A stretch of DNA of 64,000 nt from an uncultured Alphaproteobacteria bacterium (GCA_944392295.1 CALXWE010000004.1:45819-109818), one strand, 5' to 3'; shown: positions 38,842 to 47,064, counted from the first letter of the stretch. Translations and numbers: made by a program. The notes: a model not told the origin generated them from the sequence alone.

Positions 38842-39729
38842 ATGTATAAAGCACCTTTAACCGAAGATATTAACCCTAATACGCTAAATATTGACCTGAT
38901 GAGTTCGTATGAAATTGCCAAAGTAATGAATAACGAAGATAAAAAAGTTGCGGCGGCGGTTGAAACTCAGTTAAAACCGATTGCCGAAGCCATAGATTTA
39001 ATTGCTAAGGCATTTTTACGGGGCGGCAGGCTGGCTTATTTCGGGGCAGGTACCAGCGGAAGACTGGGAGTTTTGGACGCAAGCGAGTGTGTGCCGACTT
39101 TCGGCGTTGCTCCCGATATGGTACAAGGGTTTATCGCCGGCGGCGACAAAGCCTTAAGAAATTCAATCGAGGCCGCAGAAGACAGCAAAGAAAAAGCCCT
39201 CGAAGATGTGGAAAAATTTAATCCGAGTGCCGATGATGTGGTGGTCGGAATTTCGGCCAGCGGTAATCCTAAATACGTAATTACCGCGTTGCAGTTTGCC
39301 AAAGAAGCCGGATGTGCGACAGTGGCATTGGTTTGTAACCCTGAAGCCGAGGTAAAACGTTTTGCCGATGTTTTTATTTGTCCGATTGTCGGGCAGGAGG
39401 TTATTTCGGGGTCTTCGCGCTTAAAAGCCGGAACGGCGCAAAAAATGATTTTGAATATGCTCTCAACCGGGGCGATGATACGAATCGGCAAAACCTACAA
39501 AAATTATATGGTAGATATGCAGATGACTAACGAAAAATTGACCAGACGAGGCAAAAAAATCGTTGCGGAAATTACCGGTGTGGATATATCTCGTGCGGAA
39601 GAGCTTTTAAAACAATCCGATAATAAAATAAAAGAAGCTTGTGTAATGGCGGTTAAAAATTGTTCTTTGCCACAAGCTGAAAGTATGCTAAAAGAAGCCG
39701 GCGGTATTTTGAGAAAGGTTATCAAATGA
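38842..39729 (+). CDS. murQ: N-acetylmuramic acid 6-phosphate etherase
   Basis: SIS-domain motifs GGRLAYFGAGTSGRLGVLDASECVPTFG and ISASGNPKYV. 295 aa. Confidence 0.9.
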   Translation: MYKAPLTEDINPNTLNIDLMSSYEIAKVMNNEDKKVAAAVETQLKPIAEAIDLIAKAFLRGGRLAYFGAGTSGRLGVLDASECVPTFGVAPDMVQGFIAGGDKALRNSIEAAEDSKEKALEDVEKFNPSADDVVVGISASGNPKYVITALQFAKEAGCATVALVCNPEAEVKRFADVFICPIVGQEVISGSSRLKAGTAQKMILNMLSTGAMIRIGKTYKNYMVDMQMTNEKLTRRGKKIVAEITGVDISRAEELLKQSDNKIKEACVMAVKNCSLPQAESMLKEAGGILRKVIK

Positions 39730-40481
39730 AAAAATTTAATAAAAATTTTCCAGCAAAAACAGATGGCAAAGGTTTGATTTTATACGGCAGACACGCTGTA
39801 TTGTCGGCCTTAGAGAATCCGGCGCGAAAAATATTTAAATTAATGTGTACACCCGAAAACGCTAAAGAAATTTCGCAAAAATTTCCGAGTGTCCCGTTGG
39901 TAACGCTCGATAAAAAAGAAATTGATAAACTTTTGCCGGGTGATTGCGTACACCAGGGATTGGCTTTGTCTTGTCAGCCGTTGCCGGGGTTGAGTATTGA
40001 AGAATTGTGTGCCAAGGCCGAAAGAGTTGATAATGCACGGGTGCTTATTTTAGACCAAGTTACCGATCCGCAAAACATCGGGGCAATTATTCGCTCATGT
40101 GCGGCGTTTGGGGCTTTGGCTCTTATAGTGCAAGATAAAAACTCGCCGCTTGAAAGCGGAGCTATGGCTAAGGCTGCTGCCGGAACGATGGAATTTTTAC
40201 CGATAGTAAGAGTAACCAATTTGTCTCGGAGTATCGAAATTTTGAAAAAACACGGGTTTTGGGTTGTCGGTATGGACGGTTATGCTCAAACAACTATTGA
40301 TAAAATGGATAAAAGCGGCAAATTAGCAGTGATTATGGGAAGCGAAGGGGCAGGTATGCGTCGGCTTGTGGAGGAATCTTGCGACATAACGGTAAGATTG
40401 CCGATATCGGAAAAAGTCGAGAGCTTAAATGTTTCAACGGCGGCGGCCATTACTTTATACGAGCTGAGTTTGCAACGTTAA
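39726..40481 (+). CDS. rlmB: TrmH/SpoU-family RNA 2'-O-methyltransferase (RlmB-like)
   Basis: N-terminal substrate-binding region ILYGRHAVLSALENPARKI. SpoU motifs LILDQVTDPQNIGAIIRS, VIMGSEGAGMR and ESLNVSTAAAITLYE. Confidence 0.75.
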   Translation: MKKFNKNFPAKTDGKGLILYGRHAVLSALENPARKIFKLMCTPENAKEISQKFPSVPLVTLDKKEIDKLLPGDCVHQGLALSCQPLPGLSIEELCAKAERVDNARVLILDQVTDPQNIGAIIRSCAAFGALALIVQDKNSPLESGAMAKAAAGTMEFLPIVRVTNLSRSIEILKKHGFWVVGMDGYAQTTIDKMDKSGKLAVIMGSEGAGMRRLVEESCDITVRLPISEKVESLNVSTAAAITLYELSLQR

Positions 40482-40495
40482 TTTTTTTATCAAAA

Positions 40496-40530
40496 CAAAA
40501 AGAGCGGCTTTTTAAAGCGGCTCTTTTTTA
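40496..40530. terminator. Bidirectional terminator hairpin (copy 1 of a repeated hairpin)
   Basis: A-run, AGAGC-G-GCTT TTTA AAGC-G-GCTCT (40501-40524), T-run. The same stem, including the G/G mismatch, recurs at 43099-43122. Confidence 0.75.
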
Positions 40531-40547
40531 GTTTTAGTGTCGGTATT

Positions 40548-40781
40548 TTAGTGTTGATATCTATATACCGTTTCCAGTATGTCGCCAAAGGTTTGCCAAT
40601 GGTCGACTTCTAAATCGGGGATGCAGATTGTAAAGTTGATTTCCAAGTCGTATGACAACATGTCTTTACAAAAGTCATCAAACCCCACATCAGCTAAGAG
40701 CGTATGCTCATCCATTTCCGGCAAGTCAGGTATAATAAACTCCATAAGCTCCCGGACTTTTTGTGTTACATTTATTACCAT
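40548..40781 (-). CDS. ACP-fold-like small protein lacking the phosphopantetheine-attachment Ser (paralog 1)
   Basis: 77 aa. ...LLADVGFDDFCKDMLSYDLE... aligns with the ACP DLGxDSLD helix II region, with Asp at the Ser position. Confidence 0.5.
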   Translation of the reverse strand: MVINVTQKVRELMEFIIPDLPEMDEHTLLADVGFDDFCKDMLSYDLEINFTICIPDLEVDHWQTFGDILETVYRYQH

Positions 40782-40929
40782 AATTATAAATATTTATGAG
40801 TATGGTAAATTTTGTGAAAAATATAGTCAAGTACTATTTATATGTATAATCTGCTAACTTTATGAAAAAAGTGCTTGCTTTTATAAAAAAGGGGTTTTAT
40901 ATAAGACTTGTTTGATTGTTAAAGTCAGA

Positions 40930-41140
40930 CGGGACGTAGTTCAGCTTAGGTCAAGCGCTTGCATGGGGCTGGAGGCGAAAAACGTTCCGGTGGAACGTTT
41001 TTAACGACAGACGAAGTTTTGTTATTTTGTTTTCAAACGATAGTTTGAGTAAATAAAAGTTACAAAACAAGTGACCGCAGCGAGTTAGCGATTGACTTTT
41101 GGGAAAAGGCAGAGCTTACGAGCCAGACAAGAAGTCGGAG
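40930..41140 (+). pseudogene. Disrupted tRNA-Pro-derived copy: 5' half, 159-nt insert, 13-nt remnant of the 3' half
   Basis: 40930-40968 (CGGGACGTAGTTCAGCTTAGGTCAAGCGCTTGCATGGGG) matches the intact tRNA-Pro at 41184-41222 except in the D-loop. 41128-41140 (CAAGAAGTCGGAG) is identical to 41224-41236 of the intact gene. No T-arm or acceptor 3' strand follows. Confidence 0.6.
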
Positions 41141-41183
41141 ACTTCTTGCACGGAGCACAAGGGATTATTATATGTTTTATATA

Positions 41184-41260
41184 CGGGACGTAGTTCAGCC
41201 TGGTAGAGCGCTTGCATGGGGTGCAAGAAGTCGGAGGTTCAAATCCTCTCGTCCCGACCA
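41184..41260 (+). tRNA. tRNA-Pro (anticodon GGG)
   Basis: CGGGACGTAGTTCAGCCTGGTAGAGCGCTTGCATGGGGTGCAAGAAGTCGGAGGTTCAAATCCTCTCGTCCCGACCA. Full cloverleaf with anticodon loop AT-GGG-GT and encoded CCA. Confidence 0.9.
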
Positions 41261-41263
41261 AAT

Positions 41264-41293
41264 AAAAAAACCGCCTTTATGGCGGTTTTTTTA
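41264..41293 (+). terminator. Rho-independent terminator after tRNA-Pro
   Basis: AAAAAAACCGCC TTTAT GGCGGTTTTTTT. Confidence 0.8.
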
Positions 41294-41468
41294 TTCGGAG
41301 AGGATTATCCTCTTTGGCATCTAATTTCGCTTACGGCAATTCATTGCCTTAGCTCAATAAAATGTTCCAAAGAACCTGCAGACAAAAAACGCCGGAGCAG
41401 CGGCGTTTTTTACTTAAATAAAAAAGATACATCGACACATAATGCAAGGTATCTTTAGCTATGACCTA

Positions 41469-41735
41469 TTACTGCAGCAAAAGGACTATAAATTGTTTAT
41501 CCATTGATACCGTAGGCTCAAATATATAGCCTTTGCGCCCATCACGTAATATTCTCCACATTCCGGGAATGCTTGTGCTGATTTCAAGGACAACCTCTCC
41601 ATCAAGTTTCCACTGAGCAGTGGTGCTCTTTTTGTTATTGGTGGTGAAAGTTGATTTTGAAAAGCCAAAACGCTTTCCCCTGGCGTCTACCGTAAAAGTT
41701 TTACTTTCGGTTAATGCTTCTAGAACTATTTCCAT
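41469..41735 (-). CDS. Hypothetical small protein (88 aa)
   Basis: ORF MEIVLEALTESKTFTVDARGKRF... with no clear SD. Hairpin terminator AACGCCG-GAGCAG-CGGCGTT (about 41384-41412) lies downstream. Weak call. Confidence 0.35.
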   Translation of the reverse strand: MEIVLEALTESKTFTVDARGKRFGFSKSTFTTNNKKSTTAQWKLDGEVVLEISTSIPGMWRILRDGRKGYIFEPTVSMDKQFIVLLLQ

Positions 41736-41920
41736 AAACAAAAAAATTAAAGAGTTATGATAATTTATTATACCTATGTATTTATATCACATCTTTTATT
41801 ATGCGCAAGTTTTAAATGTACATTAGATATAGATTCTGTGTTTGTTTTTTATTGTTGATTTTCTTGACTTTGCAACGCAAAGTCAGTACCTTGCCGGATG
41901 TTATTAAAAGGAGAATCGTG

Positions 41921-43072
41921 ATGAAAAAATTGTGGCTGGCTTTGATGCTTATTATATGCTCTGCCAATTCGGCTTGGGCTATGCAAATCTTTGTTAAAAC
42001 TTTAACCGGTAAACATATTACTCTGGAAGTTGAACCTACCGATACAATTGGAGACATAAAACTTAAAATTCAAGATAAAGAGGGCATTGCCCCAAGTGAA
42101 CAAACCTTGGTCTTTGCCGGAAAAGAACTTGAAGATGCTAATACTTTACAAGATTACAGCATTTTCAAAGATTCAACTCTGCATTTAGTCTCAAACAATA
42201 AGGTTACCAATTTATCATTAAATGTTAATCCGGCTCATATTGTAAGGCAAAATGCCGATATGCTGCTTAATAACGTTGCAGCTCGTACAAGCGGCGGGAT
42301 TAGCTCCTATAAAAGTGCCGAACAAATAAATCTGCAGGATAATACTTCTCTTTGGGTCAGCACTCTTGCCGGACATTCACAATATTTAAATACCGATACT
42401 TATGGTCTTTCGTTGGCCTTTGAAAAGAAGCTGGCAGATTTTAAATATGGTTTAGGTTATGCTTATTTAAAAAATGATATTGATGATGCTTTAAACACCG
42501 ATGTACAAAATCATTCCGGCTTTGTATATGCCGAATATAAGCCTTCAGCTTGGTATACCAATGCCATAGTTATGTATTCTCATTCGCGGTTTGAAGAAAA
42601 TGATTTTAATAAATATAACGTTCAAGCTATATCTTCTCAGTTGATGAGCGGATATGATTTTTATTATGTTACGCCGGAAATGGGAATTAGATATATCCAT
42701 ATTTGGAATAACCGCTATACCAATGCTCAAAATATGCAAATGACTAAAAATAATGAAGATATTTTAACGGGGGTTATCGGTATAAAGCTGGCAAAAGAGA
42801 TAACCTTAAATGCCGATTATAGTTTTGTTCCGCAAGCCAAGGTCTCGGCATTATATGATTTTTCACGAGCCAGCGGCGTTGCCAATGCTTATGTAAACGG
42901 CAAATATGCTGTTGTTCATAGTGATGTAATGGCTAAGTATGCCACGGAAATTAATGTCGGGCTTAAACTGGTTAAACAAAATTCGTGGGAGACTTATTTA
43001 GGCTATTATGCACAGTTGCGGAATAATTATAATATTCATTCCGTAATTGTTAATTTTGCCTATGACTTTTAA
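41921..43072 (+). CDS. Autotransporter with a eukaryote-type ubiquitin passenger domain
   Basis: SD AAGGAG, then ATG at 41921. Signal peptide [20 protein letters not shown] (41921-41980). Ubiquitin-like module [70 protein letters not shown] (41981-42190). Helical linker, then a ~235-aa beta-strand-patterned domain ending VIVNFAYDF (autotransporter/OMP signature). The track ORF start at 41816 is rejected. Confidence 0.85.
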   Translation: MKKLWLALMLIICSANSAWAMQIFVKTLTGKHITLEVEPTDTIGDIKLKIQDKEGIAPSEQTLVFAGKELEDANTLQDYSIFKDSTLHLVSNNKVTNLSLNVNPAHIVRQNADMLLNNVAARTSGGISSYKSAEQINLQDNTSLWVSTLAGHSQYLNTDTYGLSLAFEKKLADFKYGLGYAYLKNDIDDALNTDVQNHSGFVYAEYKPSAWYTNAIVMYSHSRFEENDFNKYNVQAISSQLMSGYDFYYVTPEMGIRYIHIWNNRYTNAQNMQMTKNNEDILTGVIGIKLAKEITLNADYSFVPQAKVSALYDFSRASGVANAYVNGKYAVVHSDVMAKYATEINVGLKLVKQNSWETYLGYYAQLRNNYNIHSVIVNFAYDF

Positions 43073-43091
43073 AAGTCTTTTGCTTTAAAAC

Positions 43092-43128
43092 AAAAAAAAG
43101 AGCGGCTTTTGTAAAGCGGCTCTTTTTT
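43092..43128. terminator. Bidirectional terminator hairpin (copy 2 of the repeated hairpin)
   Basis: A-run, AGAGC-G-GCTT TTGT AAGC-G-GCTCT (43099-43122), T-run. Lies between the convergent ubiquitin-autotransporter gene and ACP-like paralog 2. Confidence 0.8.
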
Positions 43129-43149
43129 CTATTTCTTTACAATGATGTT

Positions 43150-43401
43150 CTACTCGGCGTGGCTTTCCACACTCTCATAGAATTCATCGAGCATGTACCA
43201 GTCATCATCGACTTCGTCGGCCGGTACATCAATACCGAGCTGCTCTTTGAGCAGTCTGGCAAGCTCCTGGCATTCGAATGCTCCGAAACCCAAATCGGCA
43301 GCAAGACCGATTCTTGCAGGGTCAATGTCGTTGATGTTGGAAGGCAGGGTACGAACCTGGTTCATGACTGCCTGTACTTTGTCTCTTAATTCTGTATTCA
43401 T
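43150..43401 (-). CDS. ACP-fold-like small protein lacking the phosphopantetheine-attachment Ser (paralog 2)
   Basis: 83 aa. ...GLAADLGFGAFECQELARLLKEQLGIDVPADEV... aligns along E. coli ACP (…[32 protein letters not shown]…), with Ala at the Ser36 position. Confidence 0.55.
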   Translation of the reverse strand: MNTELRDKVQAVMNQVRTLPSNINDIDPARIGLAADLGFGAFECQELARLLKEQLGIDVPADEVDDDWYMLDEFYESVESHAE

Positions 43402-43486
43402 GGCTATACTTATTGGTTAATAATTCAAATTTGTAAATGTATCCTAACGGAGTTTTTGCCACAAGTCAAGATATTTTTGTCAAAAT

Positions 43487-44419
43487 TTAATCGCCGTGTT
43501 GGGATAACTCCTCATCAATGGCCTTGGCAAGCTCATCATCTATGGTAAAACCATCCTCATCTTCAGGTATAACGGTATAGTTTTGCGTATCTTCTAAAGA
43601 TTTTGCTTCAGGAGCATCGGGTTTTTGTTCGTTTGGTGTTACCGAATCGATGACTTCTTGTTTCGGGCTGTCAGATTGCTCGTTTTTTCCCGATACTGAC
43701 GAGTTTTGAGATGCCTCTTGGGCTGATAGCTTTTCCGACTCCGCATTTAAGGCTTTGGAAAGTTCTTCGGCAGGTATTACAACCGTTTCTTCCTCAGGGT
43801 CTTCATACGAGGTTTTTATATTGAGCAGGTTTTCAGGACCTCCGCTGTTTTCTTCTTTGTTTTCAGTTATCTTTTCTTCAGCTTTTTCTTCTTTATACAT
43901 AGTATCTTTAAATTCTATGGTGTTGTCGGCTTTTTCAAAGCTGTTTTCTTCAAGCTGTTGTTGTTCTTGTCTGATTTCTGCTAAACGCGGTAAGTTGTCG
44001 CGAGCAGCTAATGCCTCTTCGGATAATAACTGTTCGGGTTTGACCTCAGTATTGATGCACTTTAACAACCATACATCATATATCGGGTGTTCAACAGCGT
44101 TAATTGCCGGTGATGATGAAAACATCCAGCCTTTGAAAATGTTAAATTCTTCTTTATCAAAGCTTTTATCTGTTACATCTACAAAAGCAAAGTTTTCAGG
44201 TATTTCATCTTCCGAACGAGTTTTACAAGAGCGTACCACTACCGAAAATGATCCGAATTTTACTTCGCCTCCGACCGGAACTTCAATAACGCTTACGCGC
44301 CCGGTTATTTTATCCATGGCCTGCATTTGCGCCGTGTTCATATCTATCTCCGCGGCTCTAACCCCGGAAATGCTTAATAAAAAAGCGGCTGTCGAAAAAA
44401 GTGTTTGTTTAATTTTCAT
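43487..44419 (-). CDS. DUF2155-like secreted protein with a long acidic C-terminal extension
   Basis: Signal peptide. LDKITGRVSVIEVPVGGEVKFGSFSVVVRSC...FKGWMFSSSPAINAVEHPIYDVWLLKC matches my recollection of the DUF2155 pattern. About 170 extra E/D/S/K-rich residues. Overlaps mlaD by 11 nt. Confidence 0.6.
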   Translation of the reverse strand: MKIKQTLFSTAAFLLSISGVRAAEIDMNTAQMQAMDKITGRVSVIEVPVGGEVKFGSFSVVVRSCKTRSEDEIPENFAFVDVTDKSFDKEEFNIFKGWMFSSSPAINAVEHPIYDVWLLKCINTEVKPEQLLSEEALAARDNLPRLAEIRQEQQQLEENSFEKADNTIEFKDTMYKEEKAEEKITENKEENSGGPENLLNIKTSYEDPEEETVVIPAEELSKALNAESEKLSAQEASQNSSVSGKNEQSDSPKQEVIDSVTPNEQKPDAPEAKSLEDTQNYTVIPEDEDGFTIDDELAKAIDEELSQHGD

Positions 44420-44861
44420 TGTCGGTCACCATAAAGATAATTTCGCCTACCATATCTTCTAAAGTCTTAAAATCTTTGGCGTTGGCAAAAGTATCCCCTT
44501 CTTTTAAATATTCTTTGGATTTTCCGGGAACGATTTTTATAAATTTATCTCCTACAAGACCGTCCCCGACGATTGCTACCTCACTGTCTACGGGCAGCTT
44601 TATCTCTGGAGAAATGCTCAAAATAACATCTACCAAATAATCGGTGTTGTCGAGCTTTTGGTTTACTACAGTGCCGACTTTTATGCCGTTAATGCGAACA
44701 TCGGAGCCTATGTTTAACCCTCCGACTTTTAAAAATTTGGCATTTAACTCATAGCCCTTTACTACCTGTAAATCGGAAACACGGTATGCAAACAGCAGAA
44801 AAAATACGGCAACCACCAGTACTACCATACCCATAATTGTTTCTATCGGCTTTTTATTCAT
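44409..44861 (-). CDS. mlaD: MlaD-like MCE-domain protein (outer-membrane lipid asymmetry system)
   Basis: N-terminal TM segment plus MCE domain (GLNIGSDVRINGIKVGTVVNQKLD...VAIVGDGLVGDKFIKIVPG). Confidence 0.75.
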   Translation of the reverse strand: MNKKPIETIMGMVVLVVAVFFLLFAYRVSDLQVVKGYELNAKFLKVGGLNIGSDVRINGIKVGTVVNQKLDNTDYLVDVILSISPEIKLPVDSEVAIVGDGLVGDKFIKIVPGKSKEYLKEGDTFANAKDFKTLEDMVGEIIFMVTDNEN

Positions 44862-44865
44862 CTTA

Positions 44866-45396
44866 TTATTCTCCTTGTTGATTGCTTGTTGTATCGGCGC
44901 TATCTGTTGTATTATCCGCTTGCGGTGTTCTTTTGGCTTTTCCTAACGCTATAATCCTATCTAACAATTCTTCCAAAACCATGGCATCTTGCGTGTAGCT
45001 GAACTGCCCGCCGTCGGTGATGTATTCTTCCGATCCACCGGGCTCTATCTCTATGTATTTACTGCCCATTAAACCACTGCTGACTATTGATGCGCTACTG
45101 TCGTCGGGAATTAATATGCCGTCTTTTATCTCAAGGGTGAGCACGGCGTTGAAATGATCATCAAGCTCAGCCCCGGAAACGCGACCAACATCAACTCCGG
45201 CTAAGCGAACCTTGTCGCCGGTTAATAAACCGTCAGTGCGGCCGAATGTTGCTTTTATGTGATAAACGTTGGTATCTATATGTTTGTATTTATGTGTAGA
45301 AAAGGCCATAAAACAAAATATACCTACGAAAAACAATAACGCTATCAGCCCAAAATTGAACGCTTTATTTTCTTCTTTTGAAAAAGTGTCTTGCAC
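44866..45396 (-). CDS. Second MCE-domain (MlaD-like) protein
   Basis: TM segment plus MCE domain (GLLTGDKVRLAGVDVGRVSGAELDD...ASIVSSGLMGSKYIEIEPGG). Tandem with the previous gene. Confidence 0.7.
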   Translation of the reverse strand: MQDTFSKEENKAFNFGLIALLFFVGIFCFMAFSTHKYKHIDTNVYHIKATFGRTDGLLTGDKVRLAGVDVGRVSGAELDDHFNAVLTLEIKDGILIPDDSSASIVSSGLMGSKYIEIEPGGSEEYITDGGQFSYTQDAMVLEELLDRIIALGKAKRTPQADNTTDSADTTSNQQGE

Positions 45397-45547
45397 TTTA
45401 ACTTTCTCCTCTCATCGTTAACATCGTATAAACTAATGCAAATTTTGCACTTTGTCATCAGAATTTTGCATATTTGTGAAAATATCCGACTGTTAAAAAT
45501 CTTTTTGAAGATTATATCTAGGTAAGAAAGGTTTAACAGCGTGTAAA

Positions 45548-46627
45548 ATGAAAATGTTGGATGATATTGCTTTTGAAAATGCAAACTTGATAGAAAAATT
45601 ATCGGGCATAGGTTATTGGAAATTTGATGTTAAGAATCGTAAATTTTATTACTCTCAACAGATGTGTCAAATTTTGGGCGTGAAAAAGACGGCCTCTAAT
45701 CTTAAAAAATATTTACCCCTTAAGGATTATAAAAAATTAATTGCAAACTTTGGCAGACTGTTACGCTACGGTGAAAAAAATACGCAGGATGTTAAGTTTA
45801 TAAGATCGGATAAATCGGTAATCTATTGCCGGGTTAATGCTTGCTTAATAAAGGAAAAAAATATAATTTGCGGAACGCTGCAAGATATAACCGAGTTTGT
45901 TAATATTAAAGCTCAGCTCATAAAAGCCAGAAACGAAGCCGAAAATTTAAGTCGTGAAAAATCGTTTTTTTTGGCGCAGGCCAGCCACGATTTAAGACAG
46001 CCTCTTTATGCCTTAAAATTGTATCTTGATTTATTGCAGCCGAAAAACTTTACTAAACAACAGTGGAAGTTGTGGGAAAATATTAATAAAAGTTCCGATA
46101 GCTTAAAATATTTGCTGGAAAATGTTTTAGATTTATCAAAACTTGATTATGGCGGTACCAAAGTTTTTAAAACAAATTTTAATATCGGAATGCTCATAAG
46201 CGATTTAGGAAGAGAGTTTAAGCATACCGCCGAATGCCAAGATTTGACATTGGAATATGTAATTTGCAACTGTCTTGTTTGTTCTGATGCTTTTTTGGTG
46301 GAGCGTATTTTACGCAATTTACTAAGCAACGCATTTAAGTTTGCCGATAAAAAGGTAAGTATGTTTTGCCATGAGCATAAACAAAAACTGATAGTTGAGG
46401 TTAAAGACGACGGAATAGGCATTGCCCCGCAAGATAAAAAGTATATCTTTGATGCTTTTTATCAGGGGCAGAATGTGCGTGATAACAATATTGAGGGTAT
46501 GGGGCTGGGGCTGACTATAGTAAAGCGTATAGCTACGGTTTTACACATTAAAATCAGTGTTACATCAAAACCCAATAAGGGAACTTCATTTAAATTATTT
46601 TTGCCTAAGGCTGCAGTTAAACATTAG
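45548..46627 (+). CDS. Cytoplasmic sensor histidine kinase (PAS-like + HisKA + HATPase_c)
   Basis: H-box FLAQASHDLRQPLYAL. N-box LRNLLSNAFKF. G-boxes VKDDGIGI and GMGLGLTIVKRIA. No TM segment and no adjacent regulator. Confidence 0.85.
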   Translation: MKMLDDIAFENANLIEKLSGIGYWKFDVKNRKFYYSQQMCQILGVKKTASNLKKYLPLKDYKKLIANFGRLLRYGEKNTQDVKFIRSDKSVIYCRVNACLIKEKNIICGTLQDITEFVNIKAQLIKARNEAENLSREKSFFLAQASHDLRQPLYALKLYLDLLQPKNFTKQQWKLWENINKSSDSLKYLLENVLDLSKLDYGGTKVFKTNFNIGMLISDLGREFKHTAECQDLTLEYVICNCLVCSDAFLVERILRNLLSNAFKFADKKVSMFCHEHKQKLIVEVKDDGIGIAPQDKKYIFDAFYQGQNVRDNNIEGMGLGLTIVKRIATVLHIKISVTSKPNKGTSFKLFLPKAAVKH

Positions 46628-47064
46628 TCGTCGACTTCATCTTCCTCACCGCCGGTATTGGCAGCAAAAATAACTTCTTGTATTAATTTTAGATGGTCGT
46701 TATTAAACGAAAAAATGCATTTTTCTTTGTTGAAATCAGCTCCGCCGAAGGTGTTTTGTGAGGCGGTTTGGTATAACGAACAATAACGGTTACGGTAGGC
46801 AAGCCAGCTGTTATACATATCTTTCAAATTACCGGAGAGCAAACCATTACCGTTGTTCCATTTGTTGGTAATTTCATTTTTGGTTAAATTAAGGTATATT
46901 TGTTGTATTTGCCTTAATATACGGGTGTTTTCGGCCTTCAGGCAAAGGGCAACTTCGTTATCGGTTTGGGCTTTGGCATAACAGGCTTCATATTCGGGAG
47001 ATGCCGCTTTAACATTGGTGTAGATGCAGCACATAAGTATAACGGCGGATATTTTTTTTAACAT
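46624..47064 (-). CDS. Secreted LprI/DUF1311-like protein
   Basis: MLKKISAVILMCCIYTNVKA signal (ATG at 47064, SD GGAGA). Cys-paired helical pattern CYAKAQTDNEVALC...WLAYRNRYC as I recall for DUF1311. The track's upstream extension is rejected. Confidence 0.55.
   Translation of the reverse strand: MLKKISAVILMCCIYTNVKAASPEYEACYAKAQTDNEVALCLKAENTRILRQIQQIYLNLTKNEITNKWNNGNGLLSGNLKDMYNSWLAYRNRYCSLYQTASQNTFGGADFNKEKCIFSFNNDHLKLIQEVIFAANTGGEEDEVDD

Noticed and set aside
40969-41127. Possibility that the 159-nt insert in the tRNA-Pro-like copy is a group I intron.
   Set aside because: It is too short and AT-rich, and I cannot find P3/P7-type core pairings or a terminal G context. The 3' exon is incomplete, and a complete uninterrupted tRNA-Pro lies just downstream. 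It is kept as a finding describing a disrupted copy, but not called an intron.
41216-41458. 80-aa plus-strand ORF.
   Set aside because: It starts inside tRNA-Pro and runs through two terminator hairpins, with no SD. Spurious.
41816-41920. Upstream extension of the ubiquitin-autotransporter ORF ([16 protein letters not shown]...).
   Set aside because: A strong SD (AAGGAG) and a textbook signal peptide begin at the ATG at 41921. The extension has no support.
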